NCBI GenBank assembly: GCA_031552335.1
Contig: JAVBMQ010000052.1
Span: 8,925-72,924 of the forward strand
From: Bacteroidales bacterium
Lineage (GTDB): Bacteria > Bacteroidota > Bacteroidia > Bacteroidales > Azobacteroidaceae
DNA: 64,000 nt
Direction: 5' to 3'
A program made the translations under genes and the position numbers. Each line of letters begins with the position of its first letter. Position 1 is the first letter of the stretch. Below the pieces are notes generated by a model. That model did no database searches. It worked only from the letters and a program-made list of their open reading frames with translations, and was not told the origin of the DNA. This document shows positions 1-7,885 of the stretch, one piece after another.

Positions 1-2364
1 GTATTCTATCAAATGGTTAGTCGCACCATGTCCGTCGGGTTGTCCTTCCCGTGAATCGGGGGTGGTAGTTGATGTCCAACCCGGAGGAGCTATTCCTCTT
101 GTAAAATTATTAGCATCGGATGTAAAATGCGGGTTAATTATTAAAGCAGTGATATCAAGCGGTGATGTTGCGGATACAGGTCGTTGAGAAATATAATATA
201 CGCTATAAGCAGAAGCTAATGCTACAACTGCATCGGCAATGTCTTCTGCAGATTGTTCTGTTGTATTATTGTATGTAGCTTTTGCTGCATTTATCACTTT
301 TTCAAAAGTCGGCTTACCCGGATAATTCGTTAAGATATGCGATTCAGCTTCTGCAATCTTATCTTTCAACGGTTTATATCTGGCAATAATATCGTTGTAA
401 TTATTTATTGCAGTTTCCAAATTGGTCATGGCTATATTTATAGCGGCCATAGTTTGCTCTACAGTTTCTGCAGCAGCTATTACATTTTCCAATTCAGTTA
501 TATTATACCAACCGGGATTATCTTCAGCATCAAGGCATGCCTGAGCGTCTGCCTTTTTTTCATTCAAAAGTTCATTAATATGAGTCAAATCAACACCATA
601 ATATATTAAGCGGAAGTTATCAAGAATGATCCATTGAGCACCAGGTCCATTACCAACGATGCTTGCACCTATGGTCATACTGCTGTTATCTTCGACAACA
701 ATGATATCGGCTACTTCATTATCATATAAATCATCATTAAATGCAGCCCTTGCACCATCTCCACCATTAGGATAATAAGGAGGGGCAGTAGGATTATTTC
801 CTCCACTAATTGACCAAGCATTGATATTACGCGCTGTCTTTTCTGCATAAACATCCTTCAAAGCTATGTATTTTTTTACACTATTTACAGTTGCATACAA
901 TTCTGAGTTGAGGACTGTCCCACTGCCACTATCACAAGTATTAACACGATCCGCACTATTTCCTCCGGTACGTACAAAGCCTTGTGCTTTTAATACATAG
1001 CGTCCTGCCGGTAAACCGATAATTGTTTGGCTTATGGTAAACGCTGATTGGTAGTATTCTATCAAATGGTTTTTCGCACCCAGTTGACCGGGCTGGCCAG
1101 CAACAGCAGCCGTTGATGTCCAACCACTAGCATCAGGATTAAAATGTGGGTTAGCCAACAACGGTGTACAATCAAGCGGCGATGTTGGTGATGCCGGTTG
1201 AGAGCAATAATATACACTATAGGCAGTTGCTAATGCTACAACTGCATCAGCAATGTTTGCTACAGATTGTTCTGTTGTATTATTGTATATAGCTTTTGCT
1301 GCAATTATCGCTGTTCCAAAAGCCGGCTTACCCGGATAATTTGTTGAGTTATATTGCGGTTCAACTTTTGCAATCTCATCCTTCAATGGTTTATATCTGG
1401 CAATAATATCGTTGTAATGGTTTACCGCGATTTCCAAATTGTATGCTGCTGCACTTACAGCAGGTACATTTTGCTCAACACTTTCTGCAGCACTTATTGC
1501 AGTTTCTAATTCTGTTTCATTATACCAGCCGGGATGATTATCTACAGCAGCAAGGCATGCCTGAGCATCCAGTATTTTTTTATTCAAAAGGGTATTGAAC
1601 TGAGCCAGATCAGCTCCATTAAGCATAAGTATTTCTGTTTCGGTTAATGCTCGGTTATACACACGGAAATCATCCACAAATCCATTGAGTCCGTTATCAT
1701 TGAATTGACCCTTACCAATATAGTTTTTGTTATTAACTCCCAGCAGATCTTTGGGTTTGATAGTTAATCCGGTATTTGTGCCAACCAATACTCCGTCTAT
1801 ATACAACTTTCCTGTCCCTGTCGATTGAGTATAATCAACCGAAACAGCTACATGTATCCATTCATCTACTCTCGATGTAATATTAGTACCATTAATTATC
1901 TGTTCTGCACTGTTGTCCCTTTTTATGGCAAAACGAACAGTGTTAGTACCCCCAGCTTGGGGTACAATGAACATGCAGTCTCTTGTACCACTACCAAAAT
2001 CGAAAAGACGTGGCCAAACTTCAAACTTATCAAGTTTGAACCATGCAGCAATGGAAAAATTTTCCAGTCCGGTAGTTATATCATTTGCCAAATGCAAATA
2101 ATTAACAGCAGTTGTTTGCGGGCCTAAATGTAAAGCATCGTCGGTTGCACCCGCAGTTTTACCCGCTCCCTGCTCTATAGTGGCAACAGCTCCAACGAGA
2201 GTTCCATTCTTATTGTTACCGGATTGGTCAGATACTGTTGTACCTGAACTTCCATCAAAAGTGTAATGGACAATTAATCCATCTGGCAAACCAGCAAATG
2301 CAGCCAACGGCATTAAACAAGCAGCGAAAAATATCGCTGTCATTAATCGTAACTTTTTTTTCAT
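1..2364 (-). CDS. Partial CDS (ATG at 2362-2364, continues past the left window edge). Secreted LamG/concanavalin-like lectin-fold protein followed by at least two tandem ~340-aa modules, each a FIVAR-like helical segment plus a CBM-like beta-sandwich
   Basis: Absent from the ORF track because it has no stop in the window. Manual reverse translation from 2364 gives MKKKLRLMTAIFFAACLMPLAAFAGLPDGLIVHYTFDGSSGTTVSDQSGNNKNGTLVG...YLHLANDITTGLENFSIAAWFKLDKFEVWPRLFDFGSGTRDCMFIVPQAGGTNTVRFAIK...WIHVAVSVDYTQSTGTGKLYIDGVLVGTN...FVDDFRVYNRALTETEI, i.e. a signal peptide plus Laminin_G_3-type motifs. No stop-bounded minus-strand ORFs are listed for 1-2364. nt ~1-620 and ~1056-1620 are colinear homologues. 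Confidence 0.75.
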   Translation of the reverse strand, partial: MKKKLRLMTAIFFAACLMPLAAFAGLPDGLIVHYTFDGSSGTTVSDQSGNNKNGTLVGAVATIEQGAGKTAGATDDALHLGPQTTAVNYLHLANDITTGLENFSIAAWFKLDKFEVWPRLFDFGSGTRDCMFIVPQAGGTNTVRFAIKRDNSAEQIINGTNITSRVDEWIHVAVSVDYTQSTGTGKLYIDGVLVGTNTGLTIKPKDLLGVNNKNYIGKGQFNDNGLNGFVDDFRVYNRALTETEILMLNGADLAQFNTLLNKKILDAQACLAAVDNHPGWYNETELETAISAAESVEQNVPAVSAAAYNLEIAVNHYNDIIARYKPLKDEIAKVEPQYNSTNYPGKPAFGTAIIAAKAIYNNTTEQSVANIADAVVALATAYSVYYCSQPASPTSPLDCTPLLANPHFNPDASGWTSTAAVAGQPGQLGAKNHLIEYYQSAFTISQTIIGLPAGRYVLKAQGFVRTGGNSADRVNTCDSGSGTVLNSELYATVNSVKKYIALKDVYAEKTARNINAWSISGGNNPTAPPYYPNGGDGARAAFNDDLYDNEVADIIVVEDNSSMTIGASIVGNGPGAQWIILDNFRLIYYGVDLTHINELLNEKKADAQACLDAEDNPGWYNITELENVIAAAETVEQTMAAINIAMTNLETAINNYNDIIARYKPLKDKIAEAESHILTNYPGKPTFEKVINAAKATYNNTTEQSAEDIADAVVALASAYSVYYISQRPVSATSPLDITALIINPHFTSDANNFTRGIAPPGWTSTTTPDSREGQPDGHGATNHLIEY

Positions 2365-2424
2365 AACTTCATAATATTAAAATTAATAATCGGAACTTTC
2401 CTTTTTAAAGGGTTTATGTTTGTA

Positions 2425-2432
2425 CAAATGTA
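2425..2432 (-). promoter_or_regulatory. Candidate Bacteroidetes -7 box (TACATTTG on the minus strand) for the LamG-domain gene
   Basis: The plus strand reads CAAATGTA, the reverse complement of TAnnTTTG, about 60 nt upstream of ATG 2364. Confidence 0.35.
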
Positions 2433-2669
2433 TGGGAACTTTATTTCTGTGATTAAGTTAATTTAGCTCAAATTATATGACAAAATGAAACATCTTGGAA
2501 ATGAAGCGATTTTTTCCTTTTTTTTGTTTTCAGACTTCTCACAAAACCAGGTATAATATTCTGTATCAAGGCATTTGCTATTCATGAATTTTATTAAGAG
2601 TACATCATTAACAAATGAATATCGCTCCTATCGGAGCTTTTTGGAGGATTGGTTGGATTCTATGACCGC

Positions 2670-2806
2670 GGGCTACGCTATCGCCAGTCATGTTCGGAAG
2701 ATTTACAAGGCCTTGGCCCAGCGGGCCACAGTGTCCGTAGCCGTGGGTGAAAGCCCACGGACGGAAAGAATCAAACCTCATCAAGCGCCGCGTTAGCGGT
2801 GCTGTT
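2670..2806. repeat. Left REP arm (inverted repeat partner of 3348-3485)
   Basis: Contains three GC-rich hairpins: GGCCC-AGC-GGGCC (2715-2727), CCGTGGG-TGAAAG-CCCACGG (2741-2760) and GCGCCGC-GTTA-GCGGTGC (2785-2802). It is much more GC-rich than the flanking DNA. Confidence 0.8.
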
Positions 2807-3269
2807 AATCCAAAATCCAGTCAAACAAATATTTCTTCTCATATTCTACAGATAATTTATCCAGAAAATCGAGATATTCATCTTTAAATGATTGCTTCTG
2901 GTGATGATTGGGCTGATTTTCAATATACTTAATCACATTGCTAATTTGAGATTGGGAATAAGTAAATGCTCCAAATCCATCCTGCCACTTGAAATGGTTG
3001 GAAAATATTGCTTTTTCATTGATAAATTTAGAAGAAACGGATTTAATATCCCTTGTAAGATCGGATATGGATAAGGATGGGCGCATTCCAACTAAAAGAT
3101 GCGTATGATCCGGATTGCAATAAATAGAATATAGTTTGCATTTCTCCTGAGTAATAATCCTTGAAATATATTTTTGGATTTCCACCCGAAATGATTCCGG
3201 GATTATACAAAAACGATTTTTTACTGCAAAGACGATTTGAACATAGATTTGCGTGTAGGTATTGGCCAT
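2805..3269 (-). CDS. REP-associated tyrosine transposase (RAYT), an IS200/IS605-family TnpA-like Y1 transposase
   Basis: 154 aa. HUH-type motif NPDHTHLLV and Tyr motif KYIENQP. The size and the inverted REP flanks are typical of RAYTs. Confidence 0.85.
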   Translation of the reverse strand: MANTYTQIYVQIVFAVKNRFCIIPESFRVEIQKYISRIITQEKCKLYSIYCNPDHTHLLVGMRPSLSISDLTRDIKSVSSKFINEKAIFSNHFKWQDGFGAFTYSQSQISNVIKYIENQPNHHQKQSFKDEYLDFLDKLSVEYEKKYLFDWILD

Positions 3270-3347
3270 GGTTATATTGGTTATTGGTTAAACATAACGG
3301 AAATATAATGATATTTTTGTTTTTTATCAATTATCATCTAATAAACT

Positions 3348-3485
3348 ACAGCGCCGCTAACGCGGCGCCTAATGGGGTTCGATTATTCTATCCTTCCGTG
3401 GGCTTTCACCCACGGCTACGGACACTGTGGCCCGCTGGGCCAAGGCCTTGTAAATCTTCCGAACATGACTGCGCTATCGCTCATC
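3348..3485. repeat. Right REP arm (inverted repeat partner of 2670-2806)
   Basis: 3396-3471 is the exact reverse complement of 2685-2760. The inner part (3348-3395) matches imperfectly. Confidence 0.8.
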
Positions 3486-3587
3486 CACGGATATAAACAT
3501 GTAACCGCTACGCGGTCAGCGCGTTTCTATATAAATATTCATTCTAAAATTTAAACAGTTTCAAATAACAAACATAGGAACTAAGTA

Positions 3588-5549
3588 TCAGTATTTTATT
3601 TTGATCACATTGAATGACTGAGACTTAAGTTCGATTTGAAGCATATTCGTATTTTGAAGATTTACCAATCGGTCTACCGGGGTAATTGTGTTTGGAGAAT
3701 CCAACGTATTTTCATCCCCTTTCTCCCCTGATAACGTGATCACTTTCACTTCAGATTTTAAAACCATCTTTTTATTCAAACCTTCTGTCTGAATAGATAT
3801 GTTTTTGTTTTCGTTCACAACATTGCTGATTTTTACAATCATTTCTTTTTTCTTTGTATCGATTACTGCGCTGGCATACAAACCATCATTTCCGGTAATA
3901 GGAAGGTTATCCATCAATAAAGGCAATACATTGGTTCCGACATTTGTTGCATACAATTGTTGCACATAATAATTCGGGGTTTTCACGCAACGAAGATTGT
4001 CAAACCAAATCATATCGGGTTTCCATTGCCAGGCATCAACATGGGCGAAAAGAGGTGCATAAGTAGCCATGTGGACTACATCCGCATTGCGTTCCAATCC
4101 AGTCATAAAGGCTGATTCAAAAAGGGCTGATTCAAAATTATTTTTACGATTCTTCGGATGACAAGCATATTCTCCCGCAAACACTTTCGGCCCTTTGCGG
4201 TCATATTTATCATACCGGGAAGCTTGAGACAAAAACCATTCGGGATTACGATAATAATGTTCATCAACCAGATCGACTTTTAGTCGTTTCATTTCCGGCC
4301 ACAGGTAATCAAATTCTCTTCCGTCAGGTCCGGGACCTGAACTACCGATAATCTTTATATCCGGATATCTGGCTCGAATGGCTTTCACAAAAACATCCAG
4401 CCGGTCCACATATTCATGTCCCCACTGTTCGTTTCCCACCGCCAGAAACTTAAGGTTGAAAGGTGCCGGATGCCCCATATCCGCACGCACCTTACCCCAT
4501 TTAGAGGTTGCAGTACCATTGGCAAATTCAATCAGGTCGAGGGCGTCTTGAACATATTCATCTAACCCGCCGACCGGCACATGTGATTTTTCTTCTTTAT
4601 TCTGATACTGACAAACCAATCCGCAGTTAATTACGGGCAAAGGTTCCGCACCAAGATCTTCCGAAAGCAAAAAATATTCATAAAAACCGAGCCCGTAACT
4701 TTGAAAATAATCAGGAAAAAAGCGATGGGTAAAAGTATAATGCCAACGATTGAGGTTCAATGGACGGTTTTCAACCGGACCTATCGTATTTTTCCACTGG
4801 TAACGGTCGAATAATTCCGTACCTTCAACGATACATCCTCCGGGAAAACGGAATACTCCGGGTTTTAAATCGTACAAAGCTTGCGCCAAATCATTTCGCA
4901 ACCCGCCTTCACGGCCTTTCCAGGTATCAACGGGAAATAATGAAACATGATCTACGTCCAATGGTCCTTCCGAAACAAGAAAAATTCTCAACGAAGCATG
5001 AGATTCCTCTCTGGATGATTTCAGTAAAATTTCATATTTTTTCCATTCGTTGAAATGAATGGCCAATTCTTTCTTTTCAAACACATTATTGTCAGCATCT
5101 ATCAATTCTATTCTAATTTTTTGAGGATTGCTTTGAGATGTTCTCGCCCATACTGAAAAACGATATTCGGAATCCTTTTCCACTCCAATTCCACAGAATC
5201 CTTCGTTTTCCAAGCCTGTATGTTTTTCTTTGTGACCGGAATTGTTTAACCTCACATAATGCGGATTACGTTTGAAAGGGGCATCAGTAGTCGAAACCTC
5301 CACATTTCCAAAAGACTTCCATCCCATCAACGTTTGAGGAAATTCAAACGAGCGGTTTTTAATCAGTTCTGCATATAATCCACCATCAGCTCCAAAATTA
5401 ATATCCTCAAAAAACAAACCATACATGGTAGATTGGATTGGAGCTCCCGGTTTGCCTGCTTTAACAAGCATATTATACGTTTTTTCCTGTGCCGGTAAGG
5501 AAATACTTACTGCAAATAAAAAGAGAACTATAAACAGATTTTTTTTCAT
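3588..5549 (-). CDS. GH51 alpha-L-arabinofuranosidase (secreted)
   Basis: 653 aa with signal peptide MKKNLFIVLFLFAVSISLPAQ. GGLYAELIKNRSFEF in the N-terminal domain and FLAVGNEQWG (GNE acid/base region) are typical of GH51. Confidence 0.8.
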   Translation of the reverse strand: MKKNLFIVLFLFAVSISLPAQEKTYNMLVKAGKPGAPIQSTMYGLFFEDINFGADGGLYAELIKNRSFEFPQTLMGWKSFGNVEVSTTDAPFKRNPHYVRLNNSGHKEKHTGLENEGFCGIGVEKDSEYRFSVWARTSQSNPQKIRIELIDADNNVFEKKELAIHFNEWKKYEILLKSSREESHASLRIFLVSEGPLDVDHVSLFPVDTWKGREGGLRNDLAQALYDLKPGVFRFPGGCIVEGTELFDRYQWKNTIGPVENRPLNLNRWHYTFTHRFFPDYFQSYGLGFYEYFLLSEDLGAEPLPVINCGLVCQYQNKEEKSHVPVGGLDEYVQDALDLIEFANGTATSKWGKVRADMGHPAPFNLKFLAVGNEQWGHEYVDRLDVFVKAIRARYPDIKIIGSSGPGPDGREFDYLWPEMKRLKVDLVDEHYYRNPEWFLSQASRYDKYDRKGPKVFAGEYACHPKNRKNNFESALFESAFMTGLERNADVVHMATYAPLFAHVDAWQWKPDMIWFDNLRCVKTPNYYVQQLYATNVGTNVLPLLMDNLPITGNDGLYASAVIDTKKKEMIVKISNVVNENKNISIQTEGLNKKMVLKSEVKVITLSGEKGDENTLDSPNTITPVDRLVNLQNTNMLQIELKSQSFNVIKIKY

Positions 5550-5571
5550 ATTTCAAAAGACTTAAATTGCG

Positions 5572-7593
5572 TTATTGATTTACAAGCGTTTGATTATCAG
5601 AGGGAATAAAATCATTTATGAAATTAGTCACTTGATTCAGGTTATCAGGAATACCCGATGAGGTGCGCTTCCATATCCGTTGCCCCCCAATGTAAAGTTC
5701 CTTCACCGTCAGGTTTGCGACTCCTGAAAATGTTGCAGATGGAGTTGCTACCGGCTTTGCGAAATAGAGGTTCTGCATCACCAGATTTTGTATCATGTGA
5801 GTGCTGTCTGCCGTAGTCTGGATAAGCGCCCATTTATCTCCGGGCGCCCAAAATGAACTGTTCTTAATTACGATTTCTTCATATGAAGGCCAATAAACGG
5901 AACTATCGTAGTTCAGAAAGCGGACATCCCCGTTGGCTTTTCTGCCTACCACGGCATGAAAATTATCAAAATAGAAACCCTTCAGTATCCTGCCACATGT
6001 ATCGATCCCTGGGTTGCTTGTCCATGCGTTGATTCCTGCGCGTATGCAGTGTGCCAGGCGCGTCCATCCGATGGCATTGTTAACGCGAATGTTCTCGGTG
6101 TCGGCATTGCTCCAGTTGAGGCGATCCTTGTTGTATACACCCGCTGCGGCAAATGTATTGCGTATCCCTGCCGGATTTGCATCTGTGTTCTTCAGGTTTA
6201 TGGATGTATTTTCGGTGTAGGTACGCCTCGGAAATTCGTCCGAAGGATTGTAATGACCTGTAGCAAATGCATCATCATTACCCAAAGTAATAGAACCATT
6301 GACTGTCACATTCTTGCCACTTGAAAGATTGAGTCCGTCAATCCACCCATGATTGTAGGGCGAAAGTCCCTTGATATTATTCAGATCAACGTCGACAACA
6401 TCATGCGTTTCCCAGTTCCACTGCTGACTGTCACGCATGTACGTATCGTTGAATGTGAGGTTGCCGGATTTTTTGAGCACAACGCCCCCCTGATGCGGAG
6501 TATTCCTGGCATCTTTCCTGTCGGTTGAAAATGAGAGGCAGCCCTGCCCATCATGCATACCCCGGCCGGAAACCGTTACAAAGCTGGAGTATGCGACATA
6601 GATCGCCGGTTCGAGAGCCTCTCTGCACTCTTTCTGACGGTTTATCATCAGTGCGTTTTCGTCGGTATAGACGAAAAGTGGTTTGCCGCCATTATTGACA
6701 TCTCCGTTCCAGTTGTGTATCCTGAGACCCGACCAAAGATAGACACCGGCGGGGATATACAGTGTATTGAGCTCAGGCGTGTTTTTGATCTTCACCAAAG
6801 CCGCCTGCAGGGCATCGGAGAGGTCATTGCGATCTCTTGCCCTCAAGTTGGGGAACGCAACAATTCTGCTTGTATAAGAAACAAACCGGCCGGCTTCGTG
6901 ATTCCAGGTAAAAAGCTTCCCGTCATTCAGGCTGGTGTCTGTGACCCTGCCGGCAGGACGGCACACCTGTCCGACTGCATCCTTAATTGGATTTTTCTGC
7001 AGATAATTTTCAGAGAACGTCTTAAAATCAAGCACATTAGGTGCTTTAAGCGAAGGTTTCTTCGCCGGATCTTCCAAAGGATCATTTATAAGCGTAAGCT
7101 GCGGGGTGGTCGTTGAGGAATCTTGCGGATCATCGCCGTTGATGATCACTATGGCATATGGCAGATTGTCAACCATTTCAAATGTGAGCGTTCTTCTGTC
7201 TGCGCTGATCGTCAGCGCCTCCTGCGGATAAAAACGCACAGGGTGGATGGTAACATTGCTGATTTCGGTGCCACCCATGACATTGACCTCAATTTTAGGC
7301 GTCAGGCTGTTTGAGGCAAAGCGGGCCACATCCATATTATGCCCCTGGTTCCCGTTGATTCTGTTGTCGTAACGGATGGCGGCTACATTGACATCGGCGA
7401 CTTTCACACCAAAGCGCGTAGATATAGCGTCATTTCTCACATGTGAAGGATAAGCCTCTCCTCCCGGCCCCATATCGGGAATAGTAAATGGTGCGTATGG
7501 GTGAACGATAGTGTTTTGCGCATGCAGAGATACTTCAGGCAAAAAATACAACATTGCTGCCAGAACGCTGCACAATAAAATTTTTCTATTCAT
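5572..7593 (-). CDS. Secreted right-handed parallel beta-helix glycoside hydrolase (GH28/GH49-like, family unresolved)
   Basis: 673 aa with a signal peptide ending LHAQ. Asp-rich turns GMHDGQG and GWIDGLNLSSGKNVTVNGSITLGNDDAFATG resemble the catalytic turns of beta-helix hydrolases. It lies 22 nt upstream of the GH51 gene, so co-transcription is likely. Confidence 0.5.
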   Translation of the reverse strand: MNRKILLCSVLAAMLYFLPEVSLHAQNTIVHPYAPFTIPDMGPGGEAYPSHVRNDAISTRFGVKVADVNVAAIRYDNRINGNQGHNMDVARFASNSLTPKIEVNVMGGTEISNVTIHPVRFYPQEALTISADRRTLTFEMVDNLPYAIVIINGDDPQDSSTTTPQLTLINDPLEDPAKKPSLKAPNVLDFKTFSENYLQKNPIKDAVGQVCRPAGRVTDTSLNDGKLFTWNHEAGRFVSYTSRIVAFPNLRARDRNDLSDALQAALVKIKNTPELNTLYIPAGVYLWSGLRIHNWNGDVNNGGKPLFVYTDENALMINRQKECREALEPAIYVAYSSFVTVSGRGMHDGQGCLSFSTDRKDARNTPHQGGVVLKKSGNLTFNDTYMRDSQQWNWETHDVVDVDLNNIKGLSPYNHGWIDGLNLSSGKNVTVNGSITLGNDDAFATGHYNPSDEFPRRTYTENTSINLKNTDANPAGIRNTFAAAGVYNKDRLNWSNADTENIRVNNAIGWTRLAHCIRAGINAWTSNPGIDTCGRILKGFYFDNFHAVVGRKANGDVRFLNYDSSVYWPSYEEIVIKNSSFWAPGDKWALIQTTADSTHMIQNLVMQNLYFAKPVATPSATFSGVANLTVKELYIGGQRIWKRTSSGIPDNLNQVTNFINDFIPSDNQTLVNQ

Positions 7594-7635
7594 ACTATTA
7601 TTTATATAACAATTATTATTTATTTCAAATCAAAG

Positions 7636-7878
7636 TCACTTGACTTTTTTCTAAATGTTTTTTGAATACGAATTTGAACGAATTAAAGACAAATAAAGAC
7701 GAATTTTTAAATTATTTTTATTCTAAATTTGTTCTGATTTATTTTTAATTTGTTCTGGTTCGTTTTTAATTCGTTCGTTTATACTAAACAGTCATTTTTC
7801 GTGACTCGGCATAATCAAATAAATTTGATTCTGCTCTCGCTACTCAAAACGTTCAAATTCGTGTTAAAAAAGTCAAGT
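7636..7878. repeat. AT-rich intergenic element with nested inverted repeats
   Basis: Outer arms are ACTTGACTTTTTT (7638-) and AAAAAAGTCAAGT (7866-). Middle arms are ACGAATTTGAACG (7666-) and CGTTCAAATTCGT (7848-). Inner arms are GAACGAATTAAA and TTTAATTCGTTC. There is also an 8-bp palindrome AATCAAAT-AA-ATTTGATT at 7813-7830. Confidence 0.5.
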
Positions 7879-7885
7879 TCATCAT

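Larger units (their letters stand above)
2660..3520 (-). mobile_element. REP/RAYT unit: a Y1 (HUH) transposase-like gene bracketed by inverted, hairpin-rich REP arms
   Basis: The arms at 2670-2806 and 3348-3485 are reverse complements, with a 76-bp perfect stretch (2685-2760 vs 3396-3471). The gene between them is IS200/IS605 TnpA-like. No TnpB is present. Confidence 0.7.

Noticed and set aside
1-2100. The ~1-kb tandem repeat inside the first gene, considered as a diversity-generating retroelement (template/variable repeat pair).
   Set aside because: No reverse transcriptase gene is nearby. The differences between copies are spread over all bases and include indels, not adenine-specific substitutions. 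Both copies are in frame within one ORF, so this is ordinary domain duplication.
3360-3390. A GGTTCGATT string resembling a tRNA T-loop.
   Set aside because: There is no flanking T-stem, acceptor stem or anticodon arm. The string lies inside the REP arm, and its left-arm counterpart is degenerate.
2575-3554. ORFs 2575-2796, 2892-3074, 3043-3330, 3161-3496 and 3372-3554 around the RAYT gene.
   Set aside because: They run through the GC-rich inverted REP arms or antisense to the RAYT gene. Their translations (for example WAFTHGYGHCGPLGQGL) are mirror artefacts of the repeats and show no signal or domain features.
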